Shown here one piece after another: positions 26,263 through 35,402 of a DNA stretch of 38,474 bases. Each line of letters opens with the position of its first letter. Position 1 is the first letter of the stretch. Origin of the DNA: a virus (lineage: Duplodnaviria; Caudoviricetes); IMG/VR virus record IMGVR_UViG_3300015203_000016, positions 1 to 38,474 of that record, one strand, 5' to 3'. The position numbers were made by a program, and so were the translations under genes. The notes beneath the pieces are model-generated. The model ran no database searches. It saw nothing but the letters and a program-made list of their open reading frames with translations, and was not told the DNA's origin.

Positions 26263-27593
26263 GACACGCCGCCCGCGCTCTTGCCCGCCAGCCCGGCCCA
26301 CGGGTTATCCGCCACGACCATGAGGTGGGTGAGCGCCCAGACCAGCGCGTCCATGCGGTCCGGCGACTTCTCGCCGGGCACCCACGAGCACATCTGGTCC
26401 TCCATCAGCTCGAAGGCCCCGACGTGGTGGACGCGGCTCTGCTCGTAGAGGGCGCTGATCGGCTCGGCCCGCGTCACCTTGCCCCGCGAAGCATGAACGG
26501 CGGTGTAGGGGACGGAGGGGTCGATGCTGTGGATCACGTACTCCACCATCTCGCCACCGTTGTTCACCTCAGCCACGATGCGATCCGCGTGGTGGCGATG
26601 ATACGCGTCGATGGCAGCCCGTGCCCATGTTGCAGGCGAGGCGCGCATGGAGATGTCCTCCAGCACGTAGCCGTGCTTCGTGATGCCGGTGGTGCCCATC
26701 GCCGTCGAGATGCCCGCGATGACGATGCCCGCCTCATCCGCGCTCTCGGTGGACGTGGCAGACGGGTCGATGGCGACCACGATCCGGTCTAGGGAGGGGG
26801 AGGTTCCGACCCGTGAGCGGTCGATGCGGTCCCGCTGCCACAGCGCGCCCGGCACGTCGTCGAGGATTTCCCCTTCGAGCTCCTGCCGGCCGAGGGTGGT
26901 GCCGCCGTACTTCGCGTACAGCTCTGCCAGCAGCGCGGGGTCGAGGTTCTGGGCGTTGTCGCTGGTCTTGAGGAGCGTCTTGTTGACCGCTCCGTCGGCC
27001 ATGAGCGCCCGCACCAGCGGATGCCCACGTTTGGGCGTGCCCGTGGCGACGATCCGTGCCGGGGACAGGCGCACGGCGTAGCGGATCGACTCCTCCCATG
27101 CCTGCTGCCACTTCCGCCACAGGCCTACCTCGTCGGCCCAGAGGCCGCGGAGGTTCTTGCCCTGGATCGTCGGCGCCCCGTCGTCGGCACCATCGGCGTA
27201 GATGACCGAGCCGTTGCGGAGGCGGAGGATCGCGGAGGACTGGTTGTACGAGAGGACCTTCTCGGACGCGCCGCGCTTGATCTCGGCGAGGTTCGTCCCG
27301 AGAGCGTGGATGATCCCCGACGGCCCCTCGATGCAGACGTCCCGGACCGCGGAGTCCGTGGGTGCCACCACGCCGTACTCGCCGGGGGAGGCGAGGGCCA
27401 TCTCCGCGAGGGTGTTGCCGCCGGTCCAGGTCTTGCCGCTGCCCCTACCACCTCGCACGTACCACGTACGCCATTCACCCTCGGGTGGCAGTTGCTCCGG
27501 GCGGGCCTTGTCGCGCCACGTCAATAGCTCGTCGAGGAGGGCGCGGAGGAGTGGCTGAGGGAGTGCCCGGACCCGATCGACGGCGAGGGTCAC
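26259..27593 (-). CDS. terL: terminase large subunit
   Basis: GGRGSGKT Walker A, LWADE Walker B, TGTP, RQELEGE, VAIDP, AEVNNGG, SPDRMDALVWA. Confidence 0.96.
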   Translation of the reverse strand: MTLAVDRVRALPQPLLRALLDELLTWRDKARPEQLPPEGEWRTWYVRGGRGSGKTWTGGNTLAEMALASPGEYGVVAPTDSAVRDVCIEGPSGIIHALGTNLAEIKRGASEKVLSYNQSSAILRLRNGSVIYADGADDGAPTIQGKNLRGLWADEVGLWRKWQQAWEESIRYAVRLSPARIVATGTPKRGHPLVRALMADGAVNKTLLKTSDNAQNLDPALLAELYAKYGGTTLGRQELEGEILDDVPGALWQRDRIDRSRVGTSPSLDRIVVAIDPSATSTESADEAGIVIAGISTAMGTTGITKHGYVLEDISMRASPATWARAAIDAYHRHHADRIVAEVNNGGEMVEYVIHSIDPSVPYTAVHASRGKVTRAEPISALYEQSRVHHVGAFELMEDQMCSWVPGEKSPDRMDALVWALTHLMVVADNPWAGLAGKSAGGVS

Positions 27594-28021
27594 GCCGGTT
27601 CGCGGACGGCTTCGAGGAGCAGGTCGTGGAGCGCCGCGCGTTCGTGGTCGTTCATGCCACCCGTGACCGTCTCGGTGCGGTGCGTCACCTGCCCGGAGAG
27701 GAGCTGACCCTTGTCGATGGCGATCCCGTAGATCACGGCGAGGTCCCGTGGTTCGACCTCTCCGGCTAGGACTTTCCGCTGGAGTTCGGCCTGCGCAAGG
27801 TTGGCGAGGACGATGGAGCCCTCCGCCAACTGCTCCCGGGTTTTGGCGCGAAGAGCCGCGAACTGCGGGTGGTCCATCCAGTAGGCGATCGTCTTGGGGG
27901 GGATGCCTAGCGTCTCGCTCGCGGCCTCCATGTTCGTCCGCTCAGCCTCGACGACCGCGGCGGCTTTCGTGCGCTTGTCGTAGCGGCGCCGCTTGGTACC
28001 GATCGGCACCACGTCGGCCAT
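27590..28021 (-). CDS. terS: terminase small subunit (HTH)
   Basis: RRYDKRTKAAAV..ASETLGIPPKTIAYW HTH; GIAIDKGQLLSG; GTGA overlap with terL. Confidence 0.75.
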   Translation of the reverse strand: MADVVPIGTKRRRYDKRTKAAAVVEAERTNMEAASETLGIPPKTIAYWMDHPQFAALRAKTREQLAEGSIVLANLAQAELQRKVLAGEVEPRDLAVIYGIAIDKGQLLSGQVTHRTETVTGGMNDHERAALHDLLLEAVREPA

Positions 28022-28091
28022 CAGTGGAGCCATCCGATCACGAGGTACGCGGGCTCGCGCATCCACCCGATCAGGGACAGGATGGCGTGCT

Positions 28092-28307
28092 TCACTCGCC
28101 CCAGCCTAGTCGGGTCAGGAGCCATGCCGCGCTCGATTGCGTCAGGCTCGGCTCGTTCATGCTTCGAAGGACGCGCACCTTCGCCTCGAACGCCTCCGAC
28201 TCAGCGTGCTCTCGGGCTTCCGCAAAGCACTTCCCGCACAGCGGGCGTCCTGACTCATCCGCGAAGCGGGAGAGGATACGGTGACGCGGGCAGGTGATGT
28301 CCTCCAT
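28092..28307 (-). CDS. small zinc-binding protein
   Basis: CPRH..CGKC; TAGACT 7 nt before the ATG suggests a leaderless start. Confidence 0.55.
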   Translation of the reverse strand: MEDITCPRHRILSRFADESGRPLCGKCFAEAREHAESEAFEAKVRVLRSMNEPSLTQSSAAWLLTRLGWGE

Positions 28308-28338
28308 CCGCGCGAGTCTACACCTGCTCCGCAAGTGG

Positions 28339-29340
28339 TCAGACAGTCACCTCGTCATCCATGACCTCGGACTCGTGCATTGCCTCGATCCAGGACAGTT
28401 CCTCAGTCTGCTCCCCGTCGAGCGTTTCGAGGTTCTTGACGGCCTGCCGGTAGTACGAGGGCTTGAGTTCGGCCCCAATCCCGAGTCGGCCGGCTTTCAC
28501 CGCCGAGTAGACCTCCGATCCGACACCCATGAATGGGGTCAGGATGCGCTCGCCGGGGTTCGACCACAGCACGATCGTTCGGTCGATCACGTCGAGCTGC
28601 AGCGGGTGGACGTGCTTCTCGTCTTCCTCGTCCCGCGCCTCCCGGAATGGCAGCACCCGATCAAGCCGCACGTCATCCCAGAACGCGGACGCGTACTGCC
28701 TCCAGATCCAATGGCTGTAGCGGTTCTCGATCTGGTTGCCCTGCCAGTTCCGGTAGCGCAGGAGTTCGGTCGGGATTGGCCGGTCGCCGGCGTACTCCAT
28801 GAGCCCGTGCGGGTGGGCGATCGGCACGGGGTTGTCGCCCTTGCGTCGGAACACGAGCAGGTAGTCCGCCGATGCGACGGCGCATTTGCTTGAGTCGTCA
28901 ACGATGGTCTTGTGGGCGAGGGCCTTGACCATCGTTCGGTTGCGGACGGTCAGCGGCTCCTTCCAGACGTGATACCGGGCGACATAGGTGAACCCCACCC
29001 GCTCATGCATTCGGATGATGTCGCCGGGAAAGTCCCGGAGCCCGTCACCCTTGCCGGTGTTCGAGGTCGGCACGTCCATGCAGTGAACGGCGGTCATCCG
29101 TCCCGGCATCGTGGTCCGGTAGAGCTCGTGCACCACGTATTCGTAGTGCTCGAAGAACTCCTCGTAGCCGCCCGAGTTGGACAGGTCCCGCTCGTCCGAG
29201 CTGTAGATGTAGAGCCCCGCGAACGGCGGCGAGTAGACCGACAGGTGGATCGACGCGTCCGGCAGGCCAGCCATGACCTCCATGCAATCGCCGTTGTATA
29301 GCGCGTATCGGTCGGTGATCTTCTGATCTAGGAGAGCCAC
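28339..29340 (-). CDS. DNA methyltransferase (N4-C/N6-A, beta class)
   Basis: YNGDC, SPPF catalytic motif, HVHP, TPFMGVGS, GAELKPSY; GTG 29340. Confidence 0.9.
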   Translation of the reverse strand: MALLDQKITDRYALYNGDCMEVMAGLPDASIHLSVYSPPFAGLYIYSSDERDLSNSGGYEEFFEHYEYVVHELYRTTMPGRMTAVHCMDVPTSNTGKGDGLRDFPGDIIRMHERVGFTYVARYHVWKEPLTVRNRTMVKALAHKTIVDDSSKCAVASADYLLVFRRKGDNPVPIAHPHGLMEYAGDRPIPTELLRYRNWQGNQIENRYSHWIWRQYASAFWDDVRLDRVLPFREARDEEDEKHVHPLQLDVIDRTIVLWSNPGERILTPFMGVGSEVYSAVKAGRLGIGAELKPSYYRQAVKNLETLDGEQTEELSWIEAMHESEVMDDEVTV

Positions 29341-30731
29341 GCGGGAACCTCGACTTTCTGCACCCCGATCCGGGAGCGGTTGATCGACAGCGCATCGTTC
29401 ATGTGACCCACCAGCGCGTCGAACATCTTGTCGGCTTGGGTCGCCTTGCGTTCGAGGTTGTCGAGCGCGTTCTTGCCGCCTTCGGTGGTCACGATGTCCA
29501 CGACCACGGGCGACTTCTGGCCGAACCTCCACGACCGTCTGACGGCTTGGTAGTACTGCTCGTAGGAGTGGCTCGGGAAGAACGTCATCCGGTGGCAGTG
29601 CTGCCAGTTGAGGCCCCACGCGCCGATGATCGGCTTGGTCACGAGCACTCGGATCTGCCCGTGCGTGAAGGCTGCTAGGGCTTCTTCCTTCGCCTCGATC
29701 GAGTCGGAGCCCGACACCTGGACGGCACCGGGGATGAGTTTCGAGAGAAGGTCGCCCTCGGGGTTGAGATAGCACCACGCGACCGCCGACTCGGCGCCAG
29801 TCAGGAGCTCGGCCACTTGCTCGCAGCGCTCGGGGATCGTCCGGCGCATCTCTGCTCGCTCCTCGTGGATGCCGATGGCCGGGAAGTCGAACAGTGTTCC
29901 CTCGGCCTTCGTCCGGGAGTCGATGATGTGCTGGCGGTGGATGAGATCCGGCAGGATGAAGCCGTCATCCTCGAAGTCCATGTCGGAGGGTCGGCGGAGG
30001 GCTCGGGCCCATGAGCAGACCCAGCGCCAGAAGGGGTCCTCGGCGTGACCCTTGAACCTCCACTTCCCTTGCTTGAGATTACCGCCATCATCTCGGGCCG
30101 TATTCCACCGTCCGGGCCGGCGCATCCGAACCGCATTGCCTTCGTCGTTCTTGAAGAAGCGGCTGAGCATATCCATGTGCCCGAGGTAGCCCAACGCCTC
30201 CGAACTGGTCCCGAGTTCGATGTAGTCGTTCGGCGCGGCGGTCGCCGTGGCGAGCAGGCGATACCGCACCTTCCGCATGAAGTCGGTCACTTCCTGCCGG
30301 CGCACCCCGTCGAAGCTCTTGATCGCACTCGACTCGTCGCAGACCACGCCCCCATAGTCCGTCCAGTCGAAGAGGTGCAGCCGATCGTAGTTCGTGATCG
30401 TGATCCCGGCGACGACATGGCCGGTCCGGGAGACTGCGGCCTCGATGCCAAACTTGGCCGCCTCTTCAGTGGTCTGGATCGACACGGCCAGCGGGGTCAG
30501 GATGAGCACCGGCTTGCCCGTCTTGCGCCGGACGTTCTCGGCCCATACCAGCTGCATCGGCGTCTTGCCGAGTCCACAGTCCGCGAAGATCGCCCCGCGC
30601 CCCTTGCGGATCGCCCACTCCACGAGCGCCCGCTGGAACGGGAAGAGGAAGTCGGGTATCCACAGCGGCTCGAACCCATCGAGCCCGTCGAGTTGCGTCT
30701 TGCGCTCGAGGAACTCCGCGTAGTCGATCAT
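29328..30731 (-). CDS. SNF2-like superfamily 2 helicase
   Basis: FPFQ, DCGLGKT, DESS, TATAAPN, GLNWQ, YYQAVRRSWRFGQ. Confidence 0.92.
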   Translation of the reverse strand: MIDYAEFLERKTQLDGLDGFEPLWIPDFLFPFQRALVEWAIRKGRGAIFADCGLGKTPMQLVWAENVRRKTGKPVLILTPLAVSIQTTEEAAKFGIEAAVSRTGHVVAGITITNYDRLHLFDWTDYGGVVCDESSAIKSFDGVRRQEVTDFMRKVRYRLLATATAAPNDYIELGTSSEALGYLGHMDMLSRFFKNDEGNAVRMRRPGRWNTARDDGGNLKQGKWRFKGHAEDPFWRWVCSWARALRRPSDMDFEDDGFILPDLIHRQHIIDSRTKAEGTLFDFPAIGIHEERAEMRRTIPERCEQVAELLTGAESAVAWCYLNPEGDLLSKLIPGAVQVSGSDSIEAKEEALAAFTHGQIRVLVTKPIIGAWGLNWQHCHRMTFFPSHSYEQYYQAVRRSWRFGQKSPVVVDIVTTEGGKNALDNLERKATQADKMFDALVGHMNDALSINRSRIGVQKVEVPAWLS

Positions 30732-31432
30732 GCCTCCCCCTTCGATGCCAGCATCTGCGCCAGCTCGTATTCCACGGTCCCAGGACGGAAGCCCCGCCTC
30801 TGGCTAGACCGTCGTTGCTTCGCCTCGGTCTCGGCTTTCTCTGCGTCCTGCTTCGCCTCTCCCCGGAACGTCCGGAGGTCGGCCATCAGCGCGCCCATCG
30901 GGTCGTCCGGCTTTCCCAATATCACCCCCGCCGCGCGCTCCGAGCCCGTCACATCGAAGACTCGGAGGTAGGCATCGATCACGTCCTGTTGTCGCACGGT
31001 CGGCATCCGGTACTTCACCGAAAGCCACGCGGCAAGCCATCGCGGTGTCGTCTCTGTCTCGTCTCTGTCTCCGTCTAGTCTCTGTCTATCCTCCGTGGAC
31101 TCCGCCGGACTCCGTGGACTCCGCCGTACTCCGTCACTCGGATACTTCGGACGGGGACGGGGGCGCCACTTCTCCCATGACCGGACGGGTACCCCAGCGT
31201 CATCGAGCAGGCCGCACGTTCGCAGCGCGTCGAGGCTCTTGGTCGAGCCCGCCTCCGCCTCCGCGTCGATCTCGTTGGTCCCGTAGCGGTAGCAGCCGGC
31301 GAGGACCATCGTCCAGGTTCCGACCGCGTGGAGGAAGTCGTCCACGTCGAGCATCCGGGCGAGCTTGCGGAACTTCGGGTCGGCGGGGAAGTTCGGATCG
31401 AGTTGACCGAACGCGAGTCCCGAACGGGCCAT
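30728..31432 (-). CDS. replication initiator-like protein (lambda O/DnaD-type architecture)
   Basis: N-terminal DPKFRKL winged-helix-like domain, WEKW, repeat-encoded linker, helical C-terminal domain; upstream of the helicase. Confidence 0.6.
   Translation of the reverse strand: MARSGLAFGQLDPNFPADPKFRKLARMLDVDDFLHAVGTWTMVLAGCYRYGTNEIDAEAEAGSTKSLDALRTCGLLDDAGVPVRSWEKWRPRPRPKYPSDGVRRSPRSPAESTEDRQRLDGDRDETETTPRWLAAWLSVKYRMPTVRQQDVIDAYLRVFDVTGSERAAGVILGKPDDPMGALMADLRTFRGEAKQDAEKAETEAKQRRSSQRRGFRPGTVEYELAQMLASKGEA
31049..31145. repeat. putative origin iterons and a pyrimidine tract inside the initiator gene
   Basis: gtctctgtct repeats (31050-31088), then ctccgtgga-ctccgccg(g/t)a twice plus degenerate copies (31091-31145). 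Confidence 0.6.
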
Positions 31433-31521
31433 GCCTCGAACCTCTAGTCCAACGACCCGAGCCGGGTCAGGCGAGGCGGCCGGGCCGGCCACCGGGGACT
31501 AGTCCGGGACCGACCCGCCGC
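31433..31521 (-). promoter_or_regulatory. structured 5' leader of the initiator gene
   Basis: long hairpin with loop ACUAGUCC; complementary GGACUAG at 31450-31444 next to the SD; second hairpin 31454-31468. Confidence 0.5.
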
Positions 31522-31591
31522 GTCATGTGCACCATCCCGGGGGAGGAAGGATGCGACCTCATCGTACGATACTGACCGATGCCCGCGCTAC

Positions 31592-32074
31592 TCATGTCTG
31601 CTTACGCTTCCCGTAGCGTCCTCGGCCCTTCGCGTCCCGGTCGTGCATGTTGTCGGCCGGCGTGCCGAGCCAAAGGTGATCCGGTCGCGTACACGGGGGA
31701 TTGTCACAGTGGTGCAGAACCTGGAGACCATTCGGGATAGGCCCGTTGTGGATTTCCCACGAGAGACGGTGCGCATAACCCTTTCGTCCGCTATACCCGA
31801 TCTGTCCGTACTGGTAGGCTCCGGGCAACTTCGGTCCTTTCCAATCCCAGCATTCAGGACCGACGACTACATGGCTCCAGAAACGCTGCTCCCGAGATGG
31901 GCGTTTCGGCACCCGAGGAGGCCGAGGCGGGCGAGGAGGAGTTGGCCGAGGGTACCGACCATCGTCGGTCCCGATCTGCCATACACGCTGGAAGCTGATC
32001 GAAAACTCACGACCCAGCACTCGCGCACTTTCTCCGTTCCTAAACCTCGCCCTGATCTCGTCGTCTCTTCTCAT
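31592..32074 (-). CDS. HNH homing endonuclease with an N-terminal HTH
   Basis: RFWSHV..CWDWKG..YG..AHRLSWEIHNGPIP..VLHHCDNPPCTRPDHLWLGT..DNM. Confidence 0.93.
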   Translation of the reverse strand: MRRDDEIRARFRNGESARVLGREFSISFQRVWQIGTDDGRYPRPTPPRPPRPPRVPKRPSREQRFWSHVVVGPECWDWKGPKLPGAYQYGQIGYSGRKGYAHRLSWEIHNGPIPNGLQVLHHCDNPPCTRPDHLWLGTPADNMHDRDAKGRGRYGKRKQT

Positions 32075-32424
32075 GCCGCACCGGTAGCCTGCTCGTCTAC
32101 CTCGAAGCGCTTACGCCATCGCTCCGCGAAGTACGCCCGGCGGCGCTCCCGGATCTCGTCTCGGTGACGTTCCCGGTAGCGTTGCTGGCACTCCCGGTTG
32201 TTCTTGCGCCGAGTCTCCCCGATGGGCAGGAGCCGCGGGACGGGGATGGCCTCGCCTGGAGTCCCGTTGCAGCGCCCGACCGCCCGCATCTCGTCCGAGA
32301 AGGCGAGGGTGCAGTCAAAGCACGGGTCAACCGTGTTCGTCTTGTTCGACCAGTTGGCCCGCAGGTACTCGGCCTGGGCCCGCCACAGCGCCAGCTCGTC
32401 GGGTGTCATGCACGGTCGCTCCAC
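32071..32424 (-). CDS. Cys-containing hypothetical protein with a basic C-terminus
   Basis: PCM..PCFDC..RCNG; GGGGGAG SD. Confidence 0.65.
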   Translation of the reverse strand: MERPCMTPDELALWRAQAEYLRANWSNKTNTVDPCFDCTLAFSDEMRAVGRCNGTPGEAIPVPRLLPIGETRRKNNRECQQRYRERHRDEIRERRRAYFAERWRKRFEVDEQATGAA

Positions 32425-32536
32425 GTTCTCCCCCTTCGCAGTCGTGAGCCCCTGATCGTTGGCCGGGGTCGCGCCATCGCTTGCCGTTCCATACCACCGG
32501 GAGGCGGCAGCCCTGACAGATGCCGGGTAGGTTCAC
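32327..32536 (-). CDS. hypothetical zinc-ribbon-like protein
   Basis: CQGC..VVW..HDC; GTGA overlap upstream but about 100 nt overlap downstream. Confidence 0.4.
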   Translation of the reverse strand: MNLPGICQGCRLPVVWNGKRWRDPGQRSGAHDCEGGERGATVHDTRRAGAVAGPGRVPAGQLVEQDEHG

Positions 32537-32769
32537 AGCGCGAGAACCAGTTGCGCCGGTTCGCGCCTCACCAGTCGGTACCGCGCCACGGTCTTCCGTG
32601 ACGGGAGGTGGACTCGCTCGGCCACGATCTCCTCATCCGGGGCGAGGAGCTTCTTGGCGTCGTCGATCCGTGCTGCGAGGCGTGAGGAGCCGTACAGCTT
32701 CAGGGCGTCCAGTTGGGTAATCCTTCGTCCCGCGCGCAGGTCAGCGAGGATGGCGTCGGTCTGGCTCAT
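32533..32769 (-). CDS. winged helix-turn-helix protein (HTH_39-like)
   Basis: MSQTDAILADLRAGRRITQLDALKLYGSSRLAARI..VARYRL. Confidence 0.85.
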   Translation of the reverse strand: MSQTDAILADLRAGRRITQLDALKLYGSSRLAARIDDAKKLLAPDEEIVAERVHLPSRKTVARYRLVRREPAQLVLAL

Positions 32770-32999
32770 GGCAGTTTGTCGATCGCTGCGATCGCATCTC
32801 GGAACGCGCCCGCGCGGGTCATGCGGTCGTAGGCCGCGCGGAGCAGAGCCCGTCGGTCCATGCCCGCGAGTAGATACGCCTCCGCCAGTTGATCGCGGTC
32901 CCATATCTCGGCGGAGGGGCTCGGTCGTGCGTCGCCCCATTCGCGGTCACGTTGGAGAAGTTGGGCGAAGGCGATCCGGTTTTGTTCAGTCAGGTTCAT
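32766..32999 (-). CDS. hypothetical protein
   Basis: ATGA overlaps on both sides. Confidence 0.6.
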   Translation of the reverse strand: MNLTEQNRIAFAQLLQRDREWGDARPSPSAEIWDRDQLAEAYLLAGMDRRALLRAAYDRMTRAGAFRDAIAAIDKLP

Positions 33000-33316
33000 G
33001 GCTGTGTCAGGAACGTGGCGTCGAGGTCATCCCGGACATAGCCGAGATACTTGTCAGTCCATTCGGCTAGTTCCTCACGGCCAGCCTTGACTAGCAGGCC
33101 GCTGATCTCGTGCCATCGGATGTTGTCGAGCTCATCGATAGCCGACTGAATGCTCGTGTGCATGGTCACGATCTCGTTCAGTAGTGCGCGGCGATCTCCC
33201 ACGAGAGTGTGGACCGACTCGATCCCGACGGAGGCCGAACGTTGGTAGAACCGCTTCCGGCGCTCATGCCACGAGGCGTCGCGCTGGCGGATAGCCGTGA
33301 GCTCTTTTAGTGTCAC
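32996..33316 (-). CDS. hypothetical protein
   Basis: GTGA/ATGA overlaps; lower-GC codon usage. Confidence 0.6.
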   Translation of the reverse strand: MTLKELTAIRQRDASWHERRKRFYQRSASVGIESVHTLVGDRRALLNEIVTMHTSIQSAIDELDNIRWHEISGLLVKAGREELAEWTDKYLGYVRDDLDATFLTQP

Positions 33317-34161
33317 AGCGGGATGGCGTCCAGTTCGCTCTCGGTGTCAGCGTCGAAGAGGCCCGGCCCGGTCTGTCGCGGTGCGGGGTACTCCCAGTCG
33401 TCCGCGACGATCCGCTCGGCGTTCACCCGCTGGTAGCGGATGATCCGGTCGGCCACGTGGTCCTCGGCCTTCTCCACCGGCCCGTAGACCTTGAGGGCGA
33501 TCCCCGGTCGGAGGTCGCGGTTGTCCTCCGCGATGGCGAGGGCCATGTCATCGAGGACCAGGACCCGGACCCACTGCCGCGGCCCGGTCGTCAGGTTGAA
33601 GCCCAGCGCCCAGCCGGTCGGGGTCTCGCGGAGCTTCCCGTCCGACTGGTTCGACTGTCCGATCGACAGGATGCCGGTGACCTCGACGCGCTCCACCACG
33701 GCGCTGCGCGCGACCGCTTCCTCGCGGGTGAGGCTCGCGGGGCCAGCCTTGTTGAAGGTCGCCTTGTTCCCGGCTGCGCGGTTGCCGTCGTCATCTTCCT
33801 CGGCCGCGATCCCGAGCAAAGCCTGGAGCGCATACCGGCGCAGGTAGGTGATCGCGGACCCGTAGGCTTGGACGCCCTCGGCGGCCGGGATCGGGGTGCG
33901 CCCCGAGATGATCGCGCCGCTCTCATGGAGCAGCGACGTGACCAGCACGTCCTCGTCGAGCAGTTGGAGGATGGCGAGGCCGTTGTCCGCCAGCGGTTGA
34001 CGGACGGCGGCGAGGATCACGTCCAGGGGCGCGTACTTGAACTTGTACTCCCCGCCCGTCTTCGTCTTGACGATCACTTCTTTCTCGCGGGTGATCGTCC
34101 CGAACGAGGCTTGCGCCTTCGAGAGTGCCGCTGCGAGCGGTCCGTAGTCGGTGTCAGCCAC
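33313..34161 (-). CDS. erf: Erf-family ssDNA annealing protein with an OB-like C-terminal domain
   Basis: LAAALSKAQ, FKYAPLD, TSLLHESG, QAYGSAITYLRRYAL..EDDDGN. Confidence 0.93.
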   Translation of the reverse strand: MADTDYGPLAAALSKAQASFGTITREKEVIVKTKTGGEYKFKYAPLDVILAAVRQPLADNGLAILQLLDEDVLVTSLLHESGAIISGRTPIPAAEGVQAYGSAITYLRRYALQALLGIAAEEDDDGNRAAGNKATFNKAGPASLTREEAVARSAVVERVEVTGILSIGQSNQSDGKLRETPTGWALGFNLTTGPRQWVRVLVLDDMALAIAEDNRDLRPGIALKVYGPVEKAEDHVADRIIRYQRVNAERIVADDWEYPAPRQTGPGLFDADTESELDAIPL

Positions 34162-34543
34162 GGTGTCCCCCTTCGTGCTTCGCCATGATCTGGTCGTCGC
34201 GGTACTGCTCGAACCGGCGGTCCTCTTCCTCGGCCTCGGCCTCCCGCTCTTCCTCGGTGGGCCCGAAGTCGGGCGTTGCGGCGAGCAGCCGCTCGATGCG
34301 GTGGTCCACCTCCTGGTGCGCGAACGTCCCTTCGAGGCCCGTCCAGCGTCCGCAGACGGAGCACTTCGGGTAGGTGAGGCAGTCGGAGCAGCCGTAGGTC
34401 CCGGCCTCGTCGCGCCCGAGGCGGGCGGGCATCCGCGAGCCGCACTTCGGGCAGGACGAGTGGTCCTTGAGCTGGTCCCGGAGGAAATCCCAGTCGGGGA
34501 TGCCGCTGGTCACGTCGTCGTCGTAGAACTCGTCGCCGGCCAT
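34154..34543 (-). CDS. zinc-finger protein
   Basis: CPKC, CSDC, CSVC motifs; acidic tail. Confidence 0.65.
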   Translation of the reverse strand: MAGDEFYDDDVTSGIPDWDFLRDQLKDHSSCPKCGSRMPARLGRDEAGTYGCSDCLTYPKCSVCGRWTGLEGTFAHQEVDHRIERLLAATPDFGPTEEEREAEAEEEDRRFEQYRDDQIMAKHEGGHRG

Positions 34544-34740
34544 CACTTCGCAGCCTCCGCGATCTTCTCCAGGCACACGAGCCGGATGCGGTGCTCCGCG
34601 TAGAGGTCCGCCCATCGCTCCACGAACTCGGGGTTGCGGTCGTACCACTCGGAGGTGATCCGCTCGTCGTGGAGGGCTTCCTCGAAGGCCACGCGGGTCC
34701 GGTGGTCGGCGGCGATGCGGTCGATGGTATCGAGTGTCAT
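34543..34740 (-). CDS. hypothetical protein
   Basis: GGGGAG SD; 65 aa. Confidence 0.6.
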   Translation of the reverse strand: MTLDTIDRIAADHRTRVAFEEALHDERITSEWYDRNPEFVERWADLYAEHRIRLVCLEKIAEAAK

Positions 34741-34757
34741 CTTCTCCCCCTTCGGTG

Positions 34758-34961
34758 CTACTTGGTGCGCTTGGGCTTCGGTGCGGGCGTGAACCGGATC
34801 GTCGAACTGATGCCCGGTTCGATCTTGGGATACTCGACCGCGTCAGGTGTCCACGTCCCGATGATCTTGACGTAGCCGCCCTCGCCTCGGGTGGAGACGG
34901 TGACGGGCTCATCGAGGGTACGGAATACCTCTCGGAAGGCTCGGGCGCTGATCTGCTTCAT
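34758..34961 (-). CDS. Phd/YefM antitoxin-like DNA-binding protein
   Basis: MKQISARAFRE.F..LDEPVTVS N-terminus; AGGAAGG SD. Confidence 0.55.
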   Translation of the reverse strand: MKQISARAFREVFRTLDEPVTVSTRGEGGYVKIIGTWTPDAVEYPKIEPGISSTIRFTPAPKPKRTK

Positions 34962-34984
34962 GCGTTTCCCTTCCTGTGGAAGCC

Positions 34985-35037
34985 CGACCCGCGCGAGCCA
35001 CCCGTGAGATACGGTCCTCTCACTGGGGCGCGGGTCG
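34985..35037. other. long imperfect hairpin
   Basis: cgacccgcgc/gcgcgggtcg outer stem and gtgaga/tctcac inner stem. Confidence 0.6.
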
Positions 35038-35064
35038 CGTTACCGGATGGCGCGGCTCCTTCGT

Positions 35065-35361
35065 TCATCGGACGGCTCGCTTGAGGCAGTTGAGGCAAGT
35101 GACCTGCTCGGCGTATCCGAGTGATACCGGTCGTACTGGTCGTCGGCTGCTGCATACGGGGCTGATCCCGTTGACGTTGCCGCTGATCCATTCGGTCTGA
35201 CGAACCGCGTGTGCCTGCGTCCCGTCGATGTTCCCGGTCGTGTAGGTGATCGAAACGATGTCGTCGCGGTTGGCCATGAGGTACTGGTCGGTGACGGTGA
35301 GGAACTGTTCAGTAACCATAGCGGTGGCCTCTACCTTAGTAGCAGTAGTTGTAGTGTTCAT
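35065..35361 (-). CDS. leaderless zinc-finger-like early protein
   Basis: ATG 6 nt after the -10 box; H..C..VTCLNC motif. Confidence 0.7.
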   Translation of the reverse strand: MNTTTTATKVEATAMVTEQFLTVTDQYLMANRDDIVSITYTTGNIDGTQAHAVRQTEWISGNVNGISPVCSSRRPVRPVSLGYAEQVTCLNCLKRAVR

Positions 35362-35367
35362 GGTGCC

Positions 35368-35396
35368 AATATGGGCCAAACCGTACCCGTTGTCAA
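35368..35396 (-). promoter_or_regulatory. sigma70-type promoter
   Basis: TTGACA-17 bp-CATATT. Confidence 0.75.
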
Positions 35397-35402
35397 CACC
35401 CT

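Noticed and set aside
26259-27593. intein or intron in terminase
   Set aside because: 444 aa with contiguous ATPase and nuclease motifs
28339-30731. helicase-methylase fusion or 479-aa methylase
   Set aside because: the upstream extension of the methylase ORF is an alternate frame of the helicase; GTG 29340 gives a normal domain start
31433-31590. tRNA or tmRNA in the structured intergenic regions (also 34965-35060)
   Set aside because: no cloverleaf with T-loop and acceptor stem could be drawn
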